A stretch of 64,000 nucleotides of DNA, taken from assembly GCA_015068645.1 (NCBI GenBank), contig SVKD01000001.1:65877-129876 (forward strand). The letters are read 5' to 3'. Below are positions 57,850 through 64,000 of the stretch, one piece after another. The stretch comes from Oscillospiraceae bacterium (GTDB lineage Bacteria > Bacillota > Clostridia > UMGS1840). Position numbers and translations under genes: made by a program. How positions within the stretch are numbered: the first letter of the stretch is position 1; each line of letters starts with the position of its first letter. The notes beneath the pieces are model-generated. The model was given only the letters and a program-made list of their open reading frames with translations, was not told where the DNA came from and searched no databases.

Positions 57850-57878
57850 TTGATTTTTTGAAAATGTTTGTATATAAT
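57850..57878 (+). promoter_or_regulatory. Sigma-A-type promoter candidate for pfkA
   Basis: TTGATT (57850-57855), a 17-nt spacer, then TATAAT (57873-57878). Confidence 0.55.
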
Positions 57879-57925
57879 AGTAAGGTATATTAAAAAAGCT
57901 TAGTAAGATAGCGAGGACAACGAAT

Positions 57926-58897
57926 ATGGCAAAAGAAATTAATACAATTGGCGTTTTAACCAGTGGCGGAGATGCTCCGGGTATGAACGCAGCTCTTCGT
58001 GCTGTAGTAAGAGCAGGATTACATTACGGAAAACGTATGATTGGTATTTTTAACGGTTACAAAGGACTGTTGGAAAACGATATGAGAGAATTGACCTATC
58101 GAGATGTTTCCGGTATTATCAATCGTGGCGGTACTGTGTTAAAAACCGCAAGATGTAAAGAATTTTTAACTTCTGAAGGCATTAAAAGAGCAGCAGACAA
58201 TGCACGTGCATTTGGAATTGACGCTTTGGTTGTATTGGGTGGTGACGGCAGTTTCAGAGGTGCTTTGGAATTATCCAGACACGGATTCCCTGTTATTGGT
58301 ATCCCCTGCACCATTGATAATGATATCGGTTGCTCTGATTACACCATCGGTTTTGATACTGCTTTAAACACTGCTTGTGATGCAATCGATAAAATCAGAG
58401 ATACCTGTTCTTCTCACGACCGTTGCAGCGTTGTTGAGGTAATGGGTAGAAATGCAGGTTATTTAGCTGTTAATGTTGCTGTTGCTACCGGTGCTGAAGT
58501 TTGTCTGATTCCGGAAAAGAAATTTGATTTGAATGATATTATTGATAAAATCAAAGAAACCACCGAAAAAGGTAAAACCCACTTTATCGTTGTGGTTGCT
58601 GAAGGTGTCGGCGGAACTGAATTCATCGCAAAAAATGTTGAAAAACAAACCGGCGTTGAAACCAGACCTTCCAATTTGGGATATATCCAGAGAGGTGGAA
58701 CCCCCACTGTAAAAGATAGAGTTATTGCATCTAAAATGGGATTGAAGGCTATTCAGCTTCTTGTGGAAGGTGTTTCAAATCGCGTGGTGGTTTATAAGAA
58801 AGCTGATATCGTTGATTTTGACATTGAAGAAGCATTGGCAACCAAAAAGAATTTTGACGATCCGTTAGCTGAATTGGCAGATATCCTTACCTATTAA
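57926..58897 (+). CDS. pfkA: ATP-dependent 6-phosphofructokinase
   Basis: 323 aa. Motifs IGVLTSGGDAPGMNAALRAVVR, VLGGDGSFRGA, TIDNDI, VMGRNAGYLA and GYIQRGG are classical PfkA. Confidence 0.92.
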   Translation: MAKEINTIGVLTSGGDAPGMNAALRAVVRAGLHYGKRMIGIFNGYKGLLENDMRELTYRDVSGIINRGGTVLKTARCKEFLTSEGIKRAADNARAFGIDALVVLGGDGSFRGALELSRHGFPVIGIPCTIDNDIGCSDYTIGFDTALNTACDAIDKIRDTCSSHDRCSVVEVMGRNAGYLAVNVAVATGAEVCLIPEKKFDLNDIIDKIKETTEKGKTHFIVVVAEGVGGTEFIAKNVEKQTGVETRPSNLGYIQRGGTPTVKDRVIASKMGLKAIQLLVEGVSNRVVVYKKADIVDFDIEEALATKKNFDDPLAELADILTY

Positions 58898-58925
58898 GAA
58901 ATATTAAAGCAGGTGAATTGAAAAC

Positions 58926-59480
58926 ATGGTGCGCATGTTGCCGAATATTCTGACAACGCTGAGACTATTGATGGCATTAGCGTTTGCTCCAATATTCTTT
59001 TATGAATTTAATAACGGAACGAGCGGTACCTGGTCACTTACACTTTACACAGTGGCTTCTCTTACCGATATCATCGACGGATATTTAGCAAGAAAGCTTT
59101 CAGCTATCAGTAACTTTGGCAAAATCTGTGATCCGTTGGCAGATAAACTATTGCAGTTTTTAGTATCGCTTTGTATTGCATATGTAGAACCTTTATTTAT
59201 TATCGTTCCGGTGTTTTTATTTATCAGAGAAATTTTAATGTTGGTTGGTGTCGTGATTCTATATCACGAAAAAACAATTTTGGGCGCTAATGTGTATGGA
59301 AAACTCGCATCTTTTATTTACTTCCTTTTATTCTTCATATTATTAGGATATCGTCAGTACTTATCTTTCCCTGTGAAAATTGTTTTTATTACTGTGTTTT
59401 TAATAGCTTCCGGACTCGCATTTGTTCAATACATTAAAGTCTATTTTCAATACAAGAAAAATTTGAAACAAGCAAATTAA
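58926..59480 (+). CDS. CDP-alcohol phosphatidyltransferase family protein (second PgsA-like paralog)
   Basis: DIIDGYLARK...G.ICDPLADK motif with multiple TM helices; 184 aa. AGGTGA RBS. Confidence 0.75.
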   Translation: MVRMLPNILTTLRLLMALAFAPIFFYEFNNGTSGTWSLTLYTVASLTDIIDGYLARKLSAISNFGKICDPLADKLLQFLVSLCIAYVEPLFIIVPVFLFIREILMLVGVVILYHEKTILGANVYGKLASFIYFLLFFILLGYRQYLSFPVKIVFITVFLIASGLAFVQYIKVYFQYKKNLKQAN

Positions 59481-59492
59481 AAAAGAGCGCTT

Positions 59493-59530
59493 AATGCCCG
59501 TTACTCACTTCCTTATGAGTAACGGGCATT
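59493..59530. other. 15-bp perfect hairpin at the core/accessory junction (probable terminator of the pgsA-like gene, atypical U-tract)
   Basis: AATGCCCGTTACTCA-cttcctta-TGAGTAACGGGCATT. Only TT follows on the + strand; an A-run lies 8 nt upstream. Confidence 0.5.
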
Positions 59531-59598
59531 TGCTATGTACAGCCGGAATGATTGAATATTGTAGTAAAAATCTAATAATAAAATTTGGAGGAATTACA

Positions 59599-59973
59599 AT
59601 GAAATCAATATTTGAACAAAACGGCGGAACTTATACAAAAGTTGGAAAATATTATATCCCAAATATTTCAATGCCTGATGCGAAGAAATACAATATTGGG
59701 AAATATGGCAGAATGCATGGAAAATTTATCAAACAAAACAAGCATTACATCTACTCTGCGAAAATCCTCGACGGAACTTGGTTTGGTTACCTTGAAGAAA
59801 TAGATAGCGCTGCAAGAGAAATGGTCGATAAAATAATCAAAGATTTTGCAACTGAACAAGGTATTATCAAGGAACTCAAAGAAAAGGATCAATTCGCTTG
59901 GATTTATACTGTGGAAGAAATTAAGCATACTGCAGAAGAAATAGTGCTTAATAATTTGATTTATAAACTATAA
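59599..59973 (+). CDS. tnpV: TnpV-family protein (transposon/ICE-associated small protein)
   Basis: 124 aa from ATG 59599 (GGAGG RBS). Conserved TnpV pattern: IGKYGRMHGKFIKQNKHYIY...YLEEIDSAAREMVDKII...GIIKELKEKDQFAWIYTVEEIKHTAEEIVLNNLIY. Confidence 0.8.
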   Translation: MKSIFEQNGGTYTKVGKYYIPNISMPDAKKYNIGKYGRMHGKFIKQNKHYIYSAKILDGTWFGYLEEIDSAAREMVDKIIKDFATEQGIIKELKEKDQFAWIYTVEEIKHTAEEIVLNNLIYKL

Positions 59974-59982
59974 AATTAATTT

Positions 59983-60017
59983 AAACCCTCGCCGTAGGAA
60001 GTTATTCGGCGGGGTTT
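59983..60017 (+). terminator. Terminator-like hairpin after tnpV
   Basis: AAACCCTCGCCG / CGGCGGGGTTT gives 11 bp with a 1-nt bulge and a 12-nt loop. The U-tract is weak. Confidence 0.45.
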
Positions 60018-60315
60018 GATGTTCCTAACATATTTAATCTGCATCAAATTGGTATAAATATGTGTTAAAATATGCACAATAAAATTCCAGTGGTATGAGG
60101 CTTGGAAAATAATTAATAGCAAAAAGGATATAGAAATCACTGATGCGGTTTCTTTTTTTGTGCGGATTTTTGAACATCTGTTATGATAAGAGGTAGTCTT
60201 GATTTTTTTGCACAAAAAGCCGCTAAAGTATGGAATGTAACATAGATATATCTGTAACATGCACCATTTGCTCTCAGAGGTGTAGTATAGAATAGGTTCT
60301 TATAAACTATTAGTA

Positions 60316-61539
60316 TTATTGATACACAACAAATGGAATATTCTTTTCTTTTGCATATTGTTCTGCATAGCTTCCTGTATTCCCGTATACAACTAGTTTA
60401 TCGCATTCAGCATTTCCACAATATATTTCTTCTACACTATCAGGAATATAGATGCTTTCGAGGTTTTTGCAGCCATCAAATGCGTACTCCCATATAGTTG
60501 TTACTCCATATGGAATCACAATACTTCTGATATTTTCATTGTCGCAAAATGATCTAAAACCTATTTCAGCTACATTGCCAGGGATGATAATATCATTTTT
60601 TTCACCAAAATAACCAAACAAGCATTTTTTTATAATTAACCAGCCTTCACTATCTGCTAATTTTTCACAATTCTCGAATGCACCGAAACCAAGTAACTTT
60701 ACACTATCTGGAATATTTACACTTTCGAGTTTTTTACAATTAGAAAAAACAAGATCATCAATGGTGTTCACACTATTGGGGATAACTATGTTCGTCAGAT
60801 TTTCACAATTTAAAAAAGTCATCTGTCCAATGGTTATTATACCGTCTGGGATTACAACATTGTCAATACTTTTACAATCAGCAAACGCACCCATACCTAT
60901 ATTCTTTACACTATTGGGAATGACTATATTTGTGAGATTCTCGCACCCCTCAAAAGCCGAATCGCCGATATTGGTTACGCCATCAGGTATTACAACACTT
61001 GTAATGTTATGACAATTCTTAAATGAGCCATCGCTTATATCTGTCACATTATTGGGAATAACTGCAAATTCTTCCGGGCCAAAATATCCATATAAACAAT
61101 CCCTGATAATTACCCAGCCATTTTCATCAGCGAGTCTTTTACAGCCTTGAAATGCGCCTTCTTTAATACACTCAATGCTCTCAGGAATATCTATATCAGC
61201 AAGATTTTCGCAACCATTAAATGCCCAACGACCAATACACTTCATTCCGCAAGGAAAATTGATACTTGTAAGATTTCTGCAACCTGAAAATGCAATGGCA
61301 TCAATTTTCAATATACTATTAGGAAGGTGTACGCTTTCAAGCTTTTCACATTTTTCAAACGCATAATTTCCAATACTTATAACACCTTCAGGAAGCACAA
61401 CACTCGCAAGGTACTCGCACCCCATAAATGCACAGTCACCAATTATTTTCACATTATCCGGTATAAATACATTGCTTGTACTGCCTTTGTATTTTATTAA
61501 AACACCATTTTCAATAACAAAATCATTTTGACTATTCAT
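60316..61539 (-). CDS. BspA-type leucine-rich repeat (LRR_5) protein without signal peptide
   Basis: About 407 aa of tandem units of roughly 23-25 aa (IP.SV..IG..AF..C..L..V). Three module starts are FVIENGVLIKYKG, ENGWVIIRDCLYGYFG and SEGWLIIKKCLFGYFG. The N-terminus is hydrophilic. Start set at ATG 61539. Confidence 0.8.
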   Translation of the reverse strand: MNSQNDFVIENGVLIKYKGSTSNVFIPDNVKIIGDCAFMGCEYLASVVLPEGVISIGNYAFEKCEKLESVHLPNSILKIDAIAFSGCRNLTSINFPCGMKCIGRWAFNGCENLADIDIPESIECIKEGAFQGCKRLADENGWVIIRDCLYGYFGPEEFAVIPNNVTDISDGSFKNCHNITSVVIPDGVTNIGDSAFEGCENLTNIVIPNSVKNIGMGAFADCKSIDNVVIPDGIITIGQMTFLNCENLTNIVIPNSVNTIDDLVFSNCKKLESVNIPDSVKLLGFGAFENCEKLADSEGWLIIKKCLFGYFGEKNDIIIPGNVAEIGFRSFCDNENIRSIVIPYGVTTIWEYAFDGCKNLESIYIPDSVEEIYCGNAECDKLVVYGNTGSYAEQYAKEKNIPFVVYQ

Positions 61540-61559
61540 ATTTTTCACTTCTCCTTTTT

Positions 61560-62246
61560 TTAAAATGGTATAAAACCCATTGTGATTTTTTTCTTTTTAA
61601 ACGCCTTTTTGTAGTCACCATTACATGTTTTGATTATTTTATTTAATTGATTTATTTTCTTTATAGGGCAAGTTTCCACTTTTTCCAGACGCTCAGGCTT
61701 GGTAATCCAATAACAGTCATAGCCTTTATCATACGTCATAATAATATGACGATTTTCGACATTATCATCATATAGATATATACCATAGTAAGGCTCTCCA
61801 AAAGGCGATGGATTTACTTTAATAATATCTCCGTTTTCAAATAACTTTTCTACATTTTTGCAAAGTGGTATATCTATCTCTGATTTTTCATTATCGATGC
61901 TATATTTTAACAAATTTCCGTCGATGTCAAAATCACAATCTAATGCAAGCCGATACTCGCTATCTATCAAAATGTATTTTCGAACTGCATACCAGTAGTA
62001 ATCTTTTATACAAAAATCAATCCACTCACATGTATGTAAGAAATCTGTTTTATCTGTGACTGTAGTATACAATTGTTCAAACTTTTGGAATATCCCTATA
62101 AAACGATTATTCTCTCCTGCGTTCCTGCCTCTCTCGTGCAGTACATAAACCGTATTTTCCTGCGAATCATCCGCAAGCAGCTTATATACCTTTTTATTTG
62201 CTCTTGCCAATTTTTCTTTGTATTCTTCTAATGTTAACTTTTTCAT
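61560..62246 (-). CDS. Hypothetical protein (no recognisable domain), first gene of the LRR operon
   Basis: 228 aa from ATG 62246 (AAAGGAG RBS). Its stop lies 20 nt upstream of the LRR gene start (ATG 61539). It is Cys/Tyr/Asp-rich with no TM or signal sequence. Confidence 0.5.
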   Translation of the reverse strand: MKKLTLEEYKEKLARANKKVYKLLADDSQENTVYVLHERGRNAGENNRFIGIFQKFEQLYTTVTDKTDFLHTCEWIDFCIKDYYWYAVRKYILIDSEYRLALDCDFDIDGNLLKYSIDNEKSEIDIPLCKNVEKLFENGDIIKVNPSPFGEPYYGIYLYDDNVENRHIIMTYDKGYDCYWITKPERLEKVETCPIKKINQLNKIIKTCNGDYKKAFKKKKITMGFIPF

Positions 62247-62368
62247 ATCATTAACTCCTTTCGTTATATCAACATTATATAACAGTCGTTGTACTATTTT
62301 TTGCACACCATAAGCTTTTGAAGATTTTAATATAATTGTCAAGATATATTAAATTATATCTACACGCT

Positions 62369-62386
62369 TGTACAAAAAAATGTACA
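62369..62386. promoter_or_regulatory. Operator-like paired palindromes in the divergent intergenic region
   Basis: TGTACA-aaaaaa-TGTACA: two self-complementary hexamers, 12 bp centre to centre. They end 28 nt upstream of the WYL-gene -35 element. Confidence 0.3.
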
Positions 62387-62414
62387 GTGCAGATGATAAA
62401 ATACAGTTAAAGTA

Positions 62415-62443
62415 TTGATAAAGCGAAAAAATTATGCTATAAT
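62415..62443 (+). promoter_or_regulatory. Sigma-A-type promoter candidate for WYL regulator gene
   Basis: TTGATA (62415-62420), a 17-nt spacer, then TATAAT (62438-62443). Confidence 0.5.
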
Positions 62444-62460
62444 TTAAAAGAGGTGTTATT

Positions 62461-63690
62461 ATGTCAGATTTAGTAAAAATGAAAAGAACTGATTTGTATG
62501 AAAAAATGTGGAAAAAGCCGATTGCCGACATTTCGAAAGAATTTTCAATATCCTACAGAAGTCTGGTAACTGCTTGCGACACATATAATATTCCGCGTCC
62601 GAGCAAAAGTTACTGGTCGTTTAAAAATGGACAAAGAGAGGCTAAGATCCCACTTCCTGCCGGAGAGGACAAAATTATTACTTTCTTCAAAGTAAGACCT
62701 CGCAACAAGCCTCATACATCACGTTTAACACCAAGAGCCAATACTGTGTGTATTTTAAGAATTTTAGAATTAAAAACCGATATAAATCACGGGTTATCTA
62801 CAAATGAGATAATCGATGCTGTCTACAGAGCTTACGGAATGACAATCGAGAGAAGAACCGTATATCCTGCAATAAGAATTTTACAGGACCTTGGATATAA
62901 CATTGTTTCAGAAGATTACAAGTACAAATTATTGCTCTCAAACAGAGATATGCTTCAGGACAGGATGTTTGACGCTGACGAAGTACAAGCTTTACTAGAT
63001 TCGATAAAACTAAATCCACTTCTCCCTGTAGATGAAGAACGTTCTCTATACTATAAAACAAAGCGACTTATGCCAAAGTATAACTGTGCAACGCTGCATA
63101 ATGTTGTGTCAGAAGTCAACAAGAAAGAATTACCGGCAGTTTTCTACGGAAATATAAATGAAATTAACATTGCAATGTTTAGCAATAAAAAAATCGCATT
63201 TGATTACATGAAATACGATTCAAACGGAAAACCAGTAAAAATGTATGATAACACATTTACTCTTTCTCCTGTAAGATATCATACACGTGAGTTTACCTCG
63301 TATCTAATATGTGCTGGCGATGACAAGAAATTATACAAATTCAGAGTTGACAGAATGTATAATCTTGAAGCACTCGAAAACACACGAATTGATATTCATA
63401 ACCTTAATTCAATTCCGCTTAATATGGATGTTTCAGAACATAACGAAAGAAAACGCAAATTTAGTATGACTTGCGACTCTTCTTTCGCAACCGAGGTAGT
63501 TGACTACTTCGGTCCCAACGCAAAGCTTCGCGACAACGCTGATGGTACATTTACGGTTGTTCACACAGCTAATCAAAACAGAGTTCTTACATTCGCTTAT
63601 AACAACCCTGATAAATGTGAAATTATTGAACCTCTTGAATTAAGAGAGGCAGTAATCAATAAACTTAAAAATAATAAATACGGAGTGTAA
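62461..63690 (+). CDS. wHTH-WYL-WCX transcriptional regulator (BrxR/CapW-like) with extra N-terminal module
   Basis: Winged-HTH segment ILRILELKTDINHGLSTNEIIDAVYRAYGMTIERRTVYPAIRILQDLGY. WYL-like core FDYMKYD...FTSYLICAGDDKKLYKFRVDRM. WCX-like tail FTVVHTANQNRVLTFAYNNPDKCEIIEPLELREAVINKL. Confidence 0.7.
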   Translation: MSDLVKMKRTDLYEKMWKKPIADISKEFSISYRSLVTACDTYNIPRPSKSYWSFKNGQREAKIPLPAGEDKIITFFKVRPRNKPHTSRLTPRANTVCILRILELKTDINHGLSTNEIIDAVYRAYGMTIERRTVYPAIRILQDLGYNIVSEDYKYKLLLSNRDMLQDRMFDADEVQALLDSIKLNPLLPVDEERSLYYKTKRLMPKYNCATLHNVVSEVNKKELPAVFYGNINEINIAMFSNKKIAFDYMKYDSNGKPVKMYDNTFTLSPVRYHTREFTSYLICAGDDKKLYKFRVDRMYNLEALENTRIDIHNLNSIPLNMDVSEHNERKRKFSMTCDSSFATEVVDYFGPNAKLRDNADGTFTVVHTANQNRVLTFAYNNPDKCEIIEPLELREAVINKLKNNKYGV

Positions 63691-63701
63691 AGGTGAAAGA
63701 A

Positions 63702-64000
63702 ATGGATACAAACGAAATCAAAAGAATAACAACTACATTAGGTAATGATTCAGAAAAAGATCGATTCTATGTTTATATGTTATGTGACGAAAGAATACCG
63801 TTCTATATAGGCAAAGGCCAAGGTGATAGAGTATGGCAACATGAATATGGTGAGGAAGAAAAACAGTCCGAAATCAATTATCATATTAATGAAATTAACA
63901 ATGCAATAAATAGAGAGATTAGTAAAGCAAAGGGCGACACTGATGTTTTACTTTCTTTAGAGGAAAAAAGGAAACATATGATAACTCAAATTACGAGCGA
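63702..64000 (+). CDS. GIY-YIG nuclease superfamily protein (partial; continues beyond the window)
   Basis: AGGTGA RBS 5 nt upstream of ATG 63702; the frame is open to the window end (hand-translated). FYVYMLCDERIPFYIGKGQGDRVWQH carries the GIY, YIG and conserved Arg motifs. Confidence 0.6.
   Translation, partial: MDTNEIKRITTTLGNDSEKDRFYVYMLCDERIPFYIGKGQGDRVWQHEYGEEEKQSEINYHINEINNAINREISKAKGDTDVLLSLEEKRKHMITQITS

Larger units (their letters stand above)
59531..64000. mobile_element. Putative accessory/mobile island (left edge approximate, right end beyond window)
   Basis: Gene content switches abruptly from housekeeping to a TnpV-family gene, an LRR protein, an orphan protein, a WYL regulator and a GIY-YIG nuclease. 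No recombinase or terminal repeats are visible in the window, so the element type and exact ends are unknown. Confidence 0.4.

Noticed and set aside
60140-60190. 16-codon hydrophobic ORF (MRFLFLCGFLNICYDK) as a possible type I toxin
   Set aside because: The putative RBS is about 14 nt from the ATG, no antisense RNA signals are evident, and the peptide lacks a complete TM span.
59976-60260. 94-aa minus-strand ORF between tnpV and the LRR gene
   Set aside because: It overlaps the tnpV terminator hairpin, has no RBS and a low-complexity product with implausible composition. The region is more likely non-coding island DNA.
60316-61539. Regularly spaced nucleotide repeats that could be mistaken for a CRISPR-like or tandem-repeat array
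   Set aside because: The periodicity (about 69-75 nt) is in-frame and corresponds to LRR_5 protein repeats within one continuous ORF. There are no unique spacers or a leader.

Overview
This is a low-GC chromosome segment of Firmicutes/Clostridia type. Markers are PolC, HPr kinase, Rex, mini-RNase III, TmcAL, a perfect CIRCE operator, the [FeFe]-hydrogenase maturases HydG/F/E, a split transketolase, SLH and copper-amine-oxidase-like wall-anchoring domains, and a choloylglycine hydrolase. The likely source is a strict anaerobe, possibly gut-associated and spore-forming; that taxonomic reading is inference only. From 1 to about 59.5 kb the window is tightly packed housekeeping: a tRNA-thiolation module (cysteine desulfurase, DUF3343, TtcA), mrnC, tex, two phosphofructokinase paralogs, pgi, aconitase-IDH-rex, polC, cca, metG, trxB-apbE, htpG, hydGFE, tktAB, hprK-pgsA-tmcAL-dgt, plus wall-associated and secreted proteins. 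From about 59.5 kb to the window end the content becomes accessory. It holds a TnpV-family gene, an operon of an orphan protein plus a signal-less BspA-type leucine-rich-repeat protein, and a divergent wHTH-WYL-WCX (BrxR/CapW-like) regulator. That regulator is followed 11 nt later by a GIY-YIG nuclease gene that runs off the window. This regulator-nuclease pair, with the divergent orphan/LRR operon, is the best candidate for an undescribed (defence-like) system, but it is truncated. Other points worth a second look: an intrinsic terminator abutting the hydG RBS (possible attenuator leader), a Rex-box-like palindrome upstream of acn-icd-rex, a 59-aa ORF missed by the ORF track, an orphan promoter/terminator unit (sRNA candidate), and a mini P-loop ATPase with a long structured leader. 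I recognised no rRNA, tRNA, CRISPR array, integrase or transposase. All domain calls come from motif recognition by eye, not from database searches.
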